Source of the DNA: Streptococcaceae bacterium
GTDB lineage: Bacteria > Bacillota > Bacilli > Lactobacillales > Streptococcaceae
Assembly (NCBI GenBank): GCA_031285105.1
Contig: JAITWV010000169.1
Location: forward strand, 1 to 25,197
Length of the DNA stretch: 25,197 nt
Direction of reading: 5' to 3'
Shown: one piece after another, positions 15,334-24,990 of the stretch
How positions within the stretch are numbered: position 1 is the first letter of the stretch
Layout of the letters: every line of letters starts with the position of its first letter
Program-made: the position numbers and the translations under genes
Notes under the pieces: generated by a model
Told to the model about the DNA's origin: nothing
What the model saw: the letters and a program-made list of their open reading frames with translations, nothing else
Database searches by the model: none

Positions 15334-15515
15334 ATGGCCCAGCTGAAGAAAGCATAAATGGGCTAACGTATTTGAAGCAACTCTACAAATATCTCATGGA
15401 AAAATACAAATGGACGCCCGAACAAATCGATGAACAGGACTTTTTTGTCTTGAAAGAAGTGGAGTTTGCATCTGGTGGCGAGGAAGTCGAGTATGCCGAT
15501 GAATTAGATTTCTAG
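15324..15515 (+). CDS. gpT-like extension reached by -1 frameshift (gpGT about 163 aa), not in ORF track
   Basis: Slippery A AAA AAA at 15324-15330. The -1 frame reads IDGPAEESINGLTYLKQLYKYLMEKYKWTPEQIDEQDFF...YADELDF to TAG 15513-15515. Confidence 0.8.
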   Translation, partial: KKIDGPAEESINGLTYLKQLYKYLMEKYKWTPEQIDEQDFFVLKEVEFASGGEEVEYADELDF

Positions 15516-15533
15516 TAAGGGAGGGCATTACAA

Positions 15534-18500
15534 ATGGCAACAATTGGGAAAATATCTGCAAAGATTACACTAAATAGTTCAGATTTTGAAAAAGACTTAA
15601 CTTCCTTACGTCGAGGAATTAAAGCGTTTGGCGATGAAGCGAAGATTATTGGCCAAGGTTTTAATATTTACCGTGATGGTCAAAAAACGTTGCAAGGTCA
15701 GATTAAAGCAACAAGCGAACAAATGGAAATGCAAAAAAAAGTTTTAGCCGAATTGTCAAAACAGTATGAAGCAAATGTGAATTCAACCGGAACAGATGGA
15801 GCAGGTGCTCAACGGAAAATGGTTGATATTCAAAAGCTGCGCCTAGACATGGCACAAACTGCTAAAGAATTTGAAGATTTAAATTTGAAATTACAAAACC
15901 TCCAGCATGATATGAATATTGAAACTGGCGAGCGCATGATTGAAAAAGGTCAATCTATTATGCAGTTTGGATATGGGTTGCGTGAAGGTGGTACTCAAGT
16001 TTATGAGGGGGCAAAATTTGTCGCAAATGGCTTGAAGAGTGTTATCGATGAAGCGGTTCGTTTTGAAGATAACTTTGCCAACGTCCGAAAAACAGTGGAT
16101 GCCTCGCCTGCTGAGTTTGAAGCCCTCTCTCGAAGCATTCGCGACTTGTCCACAGAGATACCCGTTGGAACAGAAGAATTAACCAATTTGGCGACGGTTG
16201 CCGGCCAACTCGGCATTGAAACGCCTAATATATTGTCTTTCACAGAAGTTATAGCAAAAATGGGAGTTTCGACAAATTTAGCTGGCGAAGAAGGAGCAAC
16301 TTCAATGGCTAAATTTGCGAATATTACTAGAATGAACCAAGAAGAGTTTGAAAATTTAGGATCTACTTTAGTTTACCTTGGGAACAATTACGCAACAACA
16401 GAGCGTGATGTATTGAATTTAGCTGAACGAATGGCTGCAGCAGGTACACAAGCGGGCATGACTGAGGCGGAAATTTTAGGGATCGCAGCTGGAATGTCTT
16501 CTGTTGGTATTGAAGCAGAATCTGGCGGAACAGCTATGTCTAAAATGTTTACAAATCTACAATTAGCAGCTTCTAACGGCGTGACCCGAATGAAGGAACT
16601 ACATGAAAAAACAGGATTAAGCGCGCGCGAATTAGAATTAATGGCTTCAAATACACCAAAAGAATTTAAAGATTTAGCAGATTCAATTGGTATGACGACA
16701 AAAGAAATTAATAATATCACTAAGTCTGCTCGTGATATGGAGAAATTTTCTGAAACAGTTGGTATGACTACAGATGAATTTGCAAAATTAATCCAAACAG
16801 ATCCAGCACAAGCATTTGTTACATTTTCTGAAGCGCTTGGAAAGATGGATGCAGATGAAGCTGTTACCGAACTTCAAAAATTAGAAATTACAGAAGTTCG
16901 ATTACGAGATGCCGTATTACGCTCTGCAAGTGCGCATGAAGATATGCAGAGTGCTTTAGATGGGGCAAAACAAGCATGGGGTGATAATAATTCTTTGCAA
17001 ACAGAAGCCGAAAGAAAGTTTGATACAACCGCAAGCAAAATGACAATGGCAAAAAACAAATTAACTGATTTAAAAGTTGAAATGGGCAATGCTTTCTTGC
17101 CAGCGGTCGCAGATTTACTTGAAAACATGCAGCCTTTAGTTGGAACTTTAGAAAATTTTGCTAATTGGTTAAACAAAATGCCTAAAGGTTTCACTTCTTC
17201 AATTATTGGTATCACTGGAATTACAATGGGGCTCGGGAAATTAGGGCAAATTGCCGGGAATATAAGTTTGCTATATGGTGGAACGTTAGTAAAAGTTGGC
17301 AGTAAAATAAAGGATGTTGCAGCAGCTTCAAAGGCTATGAATGCAGGTGCCGAAGCATTTCAAGCAACAACCCCTGGTTTGATTGGAGGACTAAAAAAAT
17401 TAATATCTGCTAAATCGGGGCTTGCTACACAAGCCGGGAATGTAAGCAAGGATCTTTATGGTTTAAAAAATGTTGCGACTCAAAATGCCGATGAATTAAT
17501 GAGCATGGCTGGCGCAGCTTCTAAGGCTGGAGGGGCAATTGGTTTAAAAGCTGGATTAGGAGCAAAGGTAGTTGCGCTCGGTACTACAACTGGCGGAGCG
17601 CTCGCAATCGGCGCTTTAGCAATCGGTGCTGTGGCAACAGCTATCTGGGGAATCAAAGAAGCAAGTGATCATATTAATCTTGAAGGCGGCAGAAAATGGG
17701 GTGTCCCAGTTACTGATGAACAAGATCGCATAATTACAAATACTGAAAAAATGCAAACTGAAACATCGGTAAGTCTTGGACAAGTTCGGGATGGATTCGA
17801 GGACACAGCAGAAGTTGCTAGGGCCAATATGGAAACATTAGCTACTAAAGTAGAAGACGATTCTAAAAGAATTAACACAGCATTAAGCAAAGCGTTTAAC
17901 GAACTACCAGAATGGATGCAAACACAGCTTCAAAGCATGGTTAAATCTCAGCAAAGTTTGAATGAAATTTTGGCAGAACAAACAAAAGCAGGAGCTGAAG
18001 AAGTAAATACGATTGTTTCCAATGCAAAAAAAGAAAATCGAAATTTAACAATTGCTGAAGAAGCAAAAATTTTGGAAATTCAAACTAGGGGCGTTGAAGC
18101 ACAGCTTAGACTTGCAGGGTTTTCTGCAGCTGAAGCGAAAAAAATAGCTGAGGCGGCAACTGTTGACATTCGCAATATGAACCAACGGCAATTAAATGAA
18201 ACAGCTAATTACCTCGAAAATAGTCTTTCTAAAAGTAATGAAGCATATAAAAAACAAGCAGATAAAGTCAAAGAAATATCCAAAACCTTAAACCTTACGA
18301 AAGAGCAAGAAGCCGAATTAATTGGGCAATTAAAAAAACAATACGATGATCATTCAATCAACACAGTTAGAAAATTAAAAGAAGTTGGAGAAGCTTTAGG
18401 GATAACTTCCGATCAGATGCGAACATATCTACATGCCAATGGTGCTACTTCAGAACAAATAGAACAAGTCATGAAAGAGACAACCATCACGACAATTAAT

Positions 18501-19547
18501 GAAGCTGAAAAATTGCGAGAAGCAATCAATAGAATTGGTGGGAATTGGAATGAATTAAAGTTTGACCCTAAAACTGGTGAAATAACGATTGACAATGAAA
18601 CTTTCACTATTAAAGCATGGATGGCTACTGATATGTGGAAGAATCTAACATTTGATGAAAAAGTGTTACTGATGAATAATGACCCGGTGCAAGTTGCTTT
18701 GCTTGAGAGTGTACATGCATCAGGGCAATGGGAAGATTATGAGATAGTAGCAAAAGAAATTGATGGAGATAATGCGGAACTTATCATGTCGATTCTAAGT
18801 TCAAAAGAATCGCTTGAAAATTGGAAAAAAATACCAGATCCAATAAAAAAAGTCTTAGCAGAAAATGTTGATTTATTAAAAAAGGTAAATGATGGTACAG
18901 CTACAATTAGAGAGTTTAATTTGTATGAAGTTTTAAAAAAAGAAGTAGGTGCAACAGACGAGACTTGGAATGCAGTTAAGTCAGCAATTGACAATATATC
19001 AAAAGTTCGTGATAAAACAGTTTACATTGATAGTATATACAGGTCTTATCAACAATACTCGGGAGTTGATAGTAGAGCTTATGCAGATAGATACGAAAAA
19101 GGAACAAATTATTTCCAAGGTGGATTAGCAATGGTCAATGATCAAACATTGGGTTCATTGTATAGAGAAGCAATCCAATTACCAACAGGAGAAACCTTCA
19201 TCCCACAAGGCAGAAACGTTCTTTTAGACTTACCACGTGGGTCAAGAGTTATTCCAGCTGGTTTGACCAAAGCTATGTTCCCGCATTTTGAAAAAGGGTT
19301 AAACATCAATATGCCTAGATTTAAAAACGACTTTAAAAATGCGCAACCTAATATATCGGGTTCTTCAGATGGGAAAATGACTGAACTAATCAACATGTTC
19401 AAACAGTTCATGAGTCAACCAGCTGTGAACAACTCACCAACTATCGTTTTAGAAAATGTTACTTGGCAAAACGAAAAAGACATTCGGCAAACGCTACAAG
19501 ATATATTATGGCAAACACAAATAAATGAAAGAGGTGCATTGACATGA
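15534..19547 (+). CDS. tail tape measure protein, TP901 family (1337 aa)
   Basis: FEDNFANVRKTV...AGQLGI TP901 core, Gly/Ala-rich hydrophobic middle, C-terminal YEKGTNYFQGGLAMVNDQ motif. No lytic domain recognised. Confidence 0.95.
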   Translation: MATIGKISAKITLNSSDFEKDLTSLRRGIKAFGDEAKIIGQGFNIYRDGQKTLQGQIKATSEQMEMQKKVLAELSKQYEANVNSTGTDGAGAQRKMVDIQKLRLDMAQTAKEFEDLNLKLQNLQHDMNIETGERMIEKGQSIMQFGYGLREGGTQVYEGAKFVANGLKSVIDEAVRFEDNFANVRKTVDASPAEFEALSRSIRDLSTEIPVGTEELTNLATVAGQLGIETPNILSFTEVIAKMGVSTNLAGEEGATSMAKFANITRMNQEEFENLGSTLVYLGNNYATTERDVLNLAERMAAAGTQAGMTEAEILGIAAGMSSVGIEAESGGTAMSKMFTNLQLAASNGVTRMKELHEKTGLSARELELMASNTPKEFKDLADSIGMTTKEINNITKSARDMEKFSETVGMTTDEFAKLIQTDPAQAFVTFSEALGKMDADEAVTELQKLEITEVRLRDAVLRSASAHEDMQSALDGAKQAWGDNNSLQTEAERKFDTTASKMTMAKNKLTDLKVEMGNAFLPAVADLLENMQPLVGTLENFANWLNKMPKGFTSSIIGITGITMGLGKLGQIAGNISLLYGGTLVKVGSKIKDVAAASKAMNAGAEAFQATTPGLIGGLKKLISAKSGLATQAGNVSKDLYGLKNVATQNADELMSMAGAASKAGGAIGLKAGLGAKVVALGTTTGGALAIGALAIGAVATAIWGIKEASDHINLEGGRKWGVPVTDEQDRIITNTEKMQTETSVSLGQVRDGFEDTAEVARANMETLATKVEDDSKRINTALSKAFNELPEWMQTQLQSMVKSQQSLNEILAEQTKAGAEEVNTIVSNAKKENRNLTIAEEAKILEIQTRGVEAQLRLAGFSAAEAKKIAEAATVDIRNMNQRQLNETANYLENSLSKSNEAYKKQADKVKEISKTLNLTKEQEAELIGQLKKQYDDHSINTVRKLKEVGEALGITSDQMRTYLHANGATSEQIEQVMKETTITTINEAEKLREAINRIGGNWNELKFDPKTGEITIDNETFTIKAWMATDMWKNLTFDEKVLLMNNDPVQVALLESVHASGQWEDYEIVAKEIDGDNAELIMSILSSKESLENWKKIPDPIKKVLAENVDLLKKVNDGTATIREFNLYEVLKKEVGATDETWNAVKSAIDNISKVRDKTVYIDSIYRSYQQYSGVDSRAYADRYEKGTNYFQGGLAMVNDQTLGSLYREAIQLPTGETFIPQGRNVLLDLPRGSRVIPAGLTKAMFPHFEKGLNINMPRFKNDFKNAQPNISGSSDGKMTELINMFKQFMSQPAVNNSPTIVLENVTWQNEKDIRQTLQDILWQTQINERGALT

Positions 19548-20290
19548 GTTTAGTAACATTCAGATTTAATGAGAAAAATTCTGATGAGATGCACTTAAAA
19601 ATTGAAAGCGGACTTGCCATTCCCTCAGCTGCAGCAAGCGTTGATCATATCAAAGTAGATGGAATGGACGGAGAAAAAACACTAAGCGATGGAACCTACC
19701 ACGCTGTACCTTTCAACGTTCCGGTTGTTCTCATTCGTCCGCCGAAGTCAGATTTAGGCGGTAGATTGTTTCAAAAAGTGCATGAAATTTCCAATTGGTT
19801 AAAATCCACTAATGGAAGATACCAGGAGTTTTATCTTTCTTCTGATCCAGGATATTACTATTTAGCTTCAATTTCAGAAAGTTATGATTTTACAAAGTTT
19901 GGCATTGACTATGGTCGAGGAATTTTGCCATTCAAATTACATCCAATCAAATATTCAATCGATGGGAAAAACGCTTTGGCAATTTCAAGCACTAACCCAA
20001 CTTTACAAAATAGAACAACTAGACCGGCAAAACCAATTATTGAAATTGCCGGTTCAGGAAATATCACATTAACTATCGGTTCAAGTAAATTGCAGCTAGT
20101 CAATGTATCAAGTCCATTAATTATTAACAGTCAATTACAGACCATTACATTAGCAAGCAACGGACAAGGAGCGTATGACAAAATGACGACTTATCCGTTT
20201 CCAATCATCCATCCAGGAAGGCAGTCAATCACTTGGGCCGGTAATGTAACGAGTTTAAAAATCACACCAAATTGGGAGGAGTTGATCTAA
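19544..20290 (+). CDS. distal tail protein (Dit)
   Basis: ATGA overlap with TMP. FRFNEKNS, DPGYYYLA, FKLHPIKY, NRTTRPAKPIIEIAGSGNITL motifs; classical 248-aa size. Confidence 0.9.
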   Translation: MSLVTFRFNEKNSDEMHLKIESGLAIPSAAASVDHIKVDGMDGEKTLSDGTYHAVPFNVPVVLIRPPKSDLGGRLFQKVHEISNWLKSTNGRYQEFYLSSDPGYYYLASISESYDFTKFGIDYGRGILPFKLHPIKYSIDGKNALAISSTNPTLQNRTTRPAKPIIEIAGSGNITLTIGSSKLQLVNVSSPLIINSQLQTITLASNGQGAYDKMTTYPFPIIHPGRQSITWAGNVTSLKITPNWEELI

Positions 20291-23200
20291 TTGAGTTTCG
20301 CCATTTTGCACAGTGAAAACGAAACAAATTTTAGCACTCTTGGTTTAGGGGTATTGAGGGATGCAACTAGGGGTGTAGTACATGAAAAAAGAAACGGTGA
20401 ATTTTTTCTTGAAATGGAATATCCAATTGATGGACTTCATGCGGAAAAAATAAAAGAAAATCGAATTTTGCGTGTGGATGCCGGACATCGATTAAAAGCA
20501 CAGCGATTTGATATTAAACGCATTAACAAAACCTCAGACAAGAAGCTACAAATTTACGCAGAACACGTCAGGTATAGAGCGCAAGGTTTGCCCTTAAACC
20601 ATGATATTTATATTGAGGGAACCGCACAAACCGCTTTAAATCGCTGGAAGTCGGAAATCATTGGCTCTCATCCATTCACAGTTTATTCAGATGTTACAAC
20701 GAATGCAAGCACGCATTGGAAAATTCCAGATGTAGCAGATGCTGGCGATGCGTTAGGCGGAGTTGAAGGGTCAATTTTAGATCGATGGCACGGGGAGTAT
20801 TTGTTTGATAATTTCCATATTCAGTTGCTGAGTCAACGAGGACGATATGCAAACACGATTCTTGCTTATGGGCGCAATATCACTAGCCTTGAACAAGAAA
20901 AAAATATTGCTAATACCTATACTTCAATTTATCCGTATGCAACATTTCATGAAGACGAAAAAGAAATAATCAAACTTCTACCAGAAAAAATTATTGATGG
21001 CAAATATATTAATAATTATCCGAGTAGAAAAGTTCAAGTTGTCAATTTGTCTGATAAGTTCAAAGACATTAAAGATTTTACAGATGCCAAATTGAGGCAA
21101 TATGCTAATGCGTATTTGACTGAAAACAACGTTGGTCTACCTAGTTTTTCTCTTACTGTAAAAGCAATTGATTTATCTAAAGTTTTGGAATATCAAGAGG
21201 CTATTTCACAAAGAGAAGAATTGGAATTATGCGATACCGTACCTTTATATTATCCATCGCTTGGTATTAACGATACAGCGCAGGTTACTGGGGTTGTATG
21301 GAATTTTATTAGCGAACGCTACGATGAGTATGAGTTCGGTAATTTTCAAACGGGCTTAAAATCGTGGTTGAATGGAAATATAGAACATATCAAACAACAA
21401 GCTTCATTAGCCAACCAAAAAGCTATCATCGCTGTTATTTCAGCAAACGGAAAAAACACCAACTTCTACGGAAACAGCTCTCAAGGCAAACCAGCCAATG
21501 CCAAAGATGGTGATTTATACTTTGAAGTCGATGGGGATAAAATCAATATTTATCAATTTATCGATGGTGTGTGGGTAGATCTTCTTGTAGGAATACCAAC
21601 CAAAGATTTTCCAACCAAAGAACAAATCACGCAAGAAATATTAGAAGAAATCGAAAAAGAACGTGTAAAAATTGATCAAGAAATCGCTGAAGCTGAAAAT
21701 CGAGCGAAGGAAAAAGCACAAAATTTAGTAGATCAATTAACCAACGAGTTTGACGAAAACAAAAAACAAGTCACTCAAAACATTAATGAAGCCACCCAAC
21801 AAGCACAAGAAAAAGCCAAACAGCTTGTTGATCAATTAACGCAAGATTTTGAAGATGAAAAAGGTATCACCAAACAAGCAATCGACAAAGCCAAAAATGA
21901 AGCGATTGCCGCCTCTTCCAAAATGGTAAATGATTTAGAAAATGAGTTCAATCAAGAAAAGGTTCTTGTTGGCCAAAAAATTACCGATGCGGAAACTCGT
22001 GCCAAAAATCAAGCCGGTGCCCTTGTTGCCTCTTTGGAATCAGATTTTAATCAAAACAAAACAGCGGTGAGTAATGCTATTGGTCAAGCGAAAACGCAAG
22101 CCATCACCGAAGCAAATAACTTCACTCAAACCTTGATGACCAACTTACTCAATGACGAACAAACCTTCGCTTCTATTGTGACAGAGGCGGTGAACTTAGC
22201 CGCGCAACAATCACAAGAATTGATTGGTACGATATCGTCTCAAGTGGCGGATCATCACTCAAAGTTAACCGCTGGAAGTTTGGCAGCAATCAATGCAAAT
22301 TTAGGAACGATTACAGCTGGAACCATCAATGCGAATTTGGTCACCATCACTAACTTAAATGCCTCGAATATTTCTTCAGGCACGCTTTCTGCTGATCGAT
22401 TAGCCGCTGGTTCCATCACAGCCCAAAAATTAAATGTTGCCCAACTTTCCGCCATTACCAGTGATTTAGGCACACTAACTGCGGGAACGATTAATGCAAG
22501 CTTGGTCAACATTACTAATTTAAATGCGAGTGCACTTACTACAGGAACACTTGCCGCCGCACGATTAGGTGCCGGTTCGATTACCGCAGATAAATTAAGC
22601 GTGTCGCAATTGTCGGCGATTAGTTCCAACTTAGGCACCTTAACCGCTGGAGTTATCGATGCGAGTTTGGTGACGATTACTAAATTAGATGCCTCGGCCA
22701 TTACAGTAGGAACACTCGCCGCTGCACGATTAGGCGCTGCTTCCATTACTGCAGATAAATTAAGCGTGTCACAATTGTCCGCCATCTCCTCGCACATTGG
22801 AACGATTACTGCGGGAACGATTAACGCATTAAACATGACCATCACCAATTTAAGTGGAACAGCGATTACGGTCAATTCATTAAATGGGGATCGCTTACTG
22901 GCCAACACCATTGCCGCGAACAAATTAAGCGTGTCGCAATTGTCGGCGATTAGTTCCAACTTAGGGACGTTAACCGCTGGAGTTATCGATGCGAGTTTGG
23001 TGACGATTACTAAATTAGATGCCTCGGCTATTACAGTAGGAACCCTCGCCGCTGCACGATTAGGCGCTGCGTCCATTACTGCAGATAAATTAAGCGTGTC
23101 GCAATTGTCAGCAATCAGTTCCAACTTAGGCACCTTAACCGCTGGAAGTATCAATGCGGCATTGGTCACCATCACCAACCTAAGTGCGGATGCACTCACA

Positions 23201-24133
23201 TCAGGGACAATAGCCGCTGCACGCATTGGGGCAAACACTATCACTTCAGATAAAATCAACGTTACAAGTCTTGCCGCAATCACAGGTGTATTAGGCACTC
23301 TCACCTCAGGAACCATCAATGGCAATGTGATTAATATTAACAACATCAACGCAAACAACATTGTGGCTGGCACATTAAATGCTTCATTGGTGAATGTGGC
23401 GAACTTAAACGCAGCAAACATTAGCACAGGTACTTTAAACGCTGCACGAATTGGTGCTGGAACGATTACTGCAGATAAAGTCAGCGCCAACTTCTTACAA
23501 GCAGTAACCGCCAACGCTTCTGTGCGAATCACCGGAACAGAAATTGCCTATTATCAAAGTGGCGTCAAAACCACCGCCATGAACTCTGTTGGTGCGCAAT
23601 GGTGGCGTGATGGGGTGAACATTGGACGAATCGGAACGAATAACCTTACGACTTCCACCGCTCATCGAGGATTGGTGTTTGATTTAGAATTTGGTGCACA
23701 GTATATGACGTGGGCGGCGAAACTCACCTCTACCGCTAGTCAATACACCACAAGATTTACCTGGTATCGTTCCAATTTAGGAGGCAATAATTTTGCCGGT
23801 TTCCATTTCGACGATGCAGTTTATTTCAACGGGCGCATTGGAACGGTTGCGGGCAATGGTACTTCACAAGCACAATTTGCACGGATGGTCATTGCCGGAG
23901 GAACACACTTAAGTTTACAAACGGTTCAAGGTGCTGCAGGAATTGTTTTTGCTTCCAGCAATTTATTTATTGGGGATGATGGTGTGTGGGTCGATTTTGG
24001 TATCATTCGTGAAATTTGCAAAAAACTAGCCGGACGAACCATCGCTCTACCAACCAGTTTCCATGCAGATGGACGTGCAGCTGGATGGTACAACCCACAA
24101 GCATTCAACACCTGGATGGAATACGCTTCTTAG
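20291..24133 (+). CDS. Tal/tail spike-fibre protein (1280 aa): hub domain, helical repeats, beta repeats, probable receptor-binding C-terminus
   Basis: TTG start. N-terminal GLGVLRDA...EKRNGEFFLEMEYP, GSILDRWHGEYLFDNF, YGRNITSLEQE Tal signature; repeat arrays at 21680-23476. Confidence 0.93.
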   Translation: MSFAILHSENETNFSTLGLGVLRDATRGVVHEKRNGEFFLEMEYPIDGLHAEKIKENRILRVDAGHRLKAQRFDIKRINKTSDKKLQIYAEHVRYRAQGLPLNHDIYIEGTAQTALNRWKSEIIGSHPFTVYSDVTTNASTHWKIPDVADAGDALGGVEGSILDRWHGEYLFDNFHIQLLSQRGRYANTILAYGRNITSLEQEKNIANTYTSIYPYATFHEDEKEIIKLLPEKIIDGKYINNYPSRKVQVVNLSDKFKDIKDFTDAKLRQYANAYLTENNVGLPSFSLTVKAIDLSKVLEYQEAISQREELELCDTVPLYYPSLGINDTAQVTGVVWNFISERYDEYEFGNFQTGLKSWLNGNIEHIKQQASLANQKAIIAVISANGKNTNFYGNSSQGKPANAKDGDLYFEVDGDKINIYQFIDGVWVDLLVGIPTKDFPTKEQITQEILEEIEKERVKIDQEIAEAENRAKEKAQNLVDQLTNEFDENKKQVTQNINEATQQAQEKAKQLVDQLTQDFEDEKGITKQAIDKAKNEAIAASSKMVNDLENEFNQEKVLVGQKITDAETRAKNQAGALVASLESDFNQNKTAVSNAIGQAKTQAITEANNFTQTLMTNLLNDEQTFASIVTEAVNLAAQQSQELIGTISSQVADHHSKLTAGSLAAINANLGTITAGTINANLVTITNLNASNISSGTLSADRLAAGSITAQKLNVAQLSAITSDLGTLTAGTINASLVNITNLNASALTTGTLAAARLGAGSITADKLSVSQLSAISSNLGTLTAGVIDASLVTITKLDASAITVGTLAAARLGAASITADKLSVSQLSAISSHIGTITAGTINALNMTITNLSGTAITVNSLNGDRLLANTIAANKLSVSQLSAISSNLGTLTAGVIDASLVTITKLDASAITVGTLAAARLGAASITADKLSVSQLSAISSNLGTLTAGSINAALVTITNLSADALTSGTIAAARIGANTITSDKINVTSLAAITGVLGTLTSGTINGNVININNINANNIVAGTLNASLVNVANLNAANISTGTLNAARIGAGTITADKVSANFLQAVTANASVRITGTEIAYYQSGVKTTAMNSVGAQWWRDGVNIGRIGTNNLTTSTAHRGLVFDLEFGAQYMTWAAKLTSTASQYTTRFTWYRSNLGGNNFAGFHFDDAVYFNGRIGTVAGNGTSQAQFARMVIAGGTHLSLQTVQGAAGIVFASSNLFIGDDGVWVDFGIIREICKKLAGRTIALPTSFHADGRAAGWYNPQAFNTWMEYAS
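21680..22261 (+). repeat. about six tandem 33-aa helical (hendecad) repeats in Tal
   Basis: EIAEAENRAKEKAQNLVDQLTNEFDENKKQVTQ / NINEATQQAQEKAKQLVDQLTQDFEDEKGITKQ and so on, 99-bp period. Confidence 0.8.
22262..23476 (+). repeat. seven tandem 55-aa repeats in Tal (165-bp period; last unit 75 aa)
   Basis: Units start at 22262, 22427, 22592, 22757, 22922, 23087 and 23252. Units 3 and 5 are identical in protein. Confidence 0.95.
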
Positions 24134-24142
24134 GAGGAACGG

Positions 24143-24361
24143 ATGGAAAGAATAGAGTTACCAAACGTGATTACAGGATTGACGCGTTCAAAAGTCATTC
24201 CTGAAGAACCGGTTTTCGCAAAAAATGATAGCACCACCAACGAAGAATTATTAAAAGAACTAATTGCACTGAAACAATTAGTTCTTCAACAAAATCAAAC
24301 AATTGAAAATTTAACCGAAGAAATTCAAGAATTTAAAGGAGAAATGACCCATGCAAATTAG
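24143..24361 (+). CDS. small hypothetical protein with coiled-coil C-terminus (72 aa)
   Basis: SD AGGAGG; overlaps the next gene. Confidence 0.75.
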   Translation: MERIELPNVITGLTRSKVIPEEPVFAKNDSTTNEELLKELIALKQLVLQQNQTIENLTEEIQEFKGEMTHAN

Positions 24362-24779
24362 AAAGCAGGATATCCCGATGATTGTACATGTATTAAATAA
24401 AATTGAACTGAAGGCAAAAATCAGTCGGATCAATTACCGCGTCAAGAAAAAATTAATCGCCAAAACCGAAGACATGGCCAACGATGAGAAAGATTTATTA
24501 GACCGTTATTGTCAAAAAGACGCAGACGGAAAATTAGTTGAAGCCGAAACTCCAGGTACTTGGAAATTGGTCGAAGAAACCAAAGAAGAATACATTCGTG
24601 AAAAAATCGAATTGTTGAACGAAGAAGAAACCGTTGATTTGTCTGAGTTTGGCAAAGGGACTCAGATGAAAATCTATTTTAAAGCATTAGAAAACTCAGA
24701 GACCAAACTCTCCGGGGAACAAGCTGATGCATTCAATTTATTTTTAGACAAGCTGGAGGAAGAAATCAATGGAAATTAA
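24351..24779 (+). CDS. DUF1617-like phage protein
   Basis: VLNKIELKAKISRINYRVKKKL...DEKDLLDRYCQKDADGKLV pattern and post-tail position recall DUF1617. Not verified by search. Confidence 0.6.
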   Translation: MQIRKQDIPMIVHVLNKIELKAKISRINYRVKKKLIAKTEDMANDEKDLLDRYCQKDADGKLVEAETPGTWKLVEETKEEYIREKIELLNEEETVDLSEFGKGTQMKIYFKALENSETKLSGEQADAFNLFLDKLEEEINGN

Positions 24780-24975
24780 AATGCGCAACCACAGTTTTGA
24801 GTACGATGAAAACGAAAAACCTACCGCTGCTTTGATTTATTTATCTGGAGAAAATGGACGTGAACATTTCAATTCTTGCATGGTGATTACCAATGAAGAT
24901 GTCGAATTGGCCAAAACACCGTTGCACCAGATTAAATCTTTAGCGGTTGCAAAATTAAGGCAAGCCATCAACTAA
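24769..24975 (+). CDS. hypothetical protein (68 aa)
   Basis: SD GGAGG; overlaps the upstream gene. Confidence 0.7.
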   Translation: MEIKMRNHSFEYDENEKPTAALIYLSGENGREHFNSCMVITNEDVELAKTPLHQIKSLAVAKLRQAIN

Positions 24976-24990
24976 AGGAGGGGTAAGCAA

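Noticed and set aside
16001-19411. Multiple 60-113-aa antisense ORFs within the tape measure gene (and similar ones within capsid and major tail genes)
   Set aside because: Shadow ORFs with Ser/Ile/Leu/Phe-rich composition typical of reverse-read structural genes; no SD.
22255-23532. 425-aa antisense ORF opposite the Tal repeats
   Set aside because: A shadow frame produced by repeated Ala/Thr/Ser/Gly/Ile codons. It mirrors the sense repeat exactly and has no SD or independent features.
20291-24133. Diversity-generating retroelement or invertible tail-fibre system
   Set aside because: No reverse transcriptase, invertase, adenine-specific TR/VR pair or inverted crossover sites in the window. 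The repeat differences are synonymous and not A-specific.
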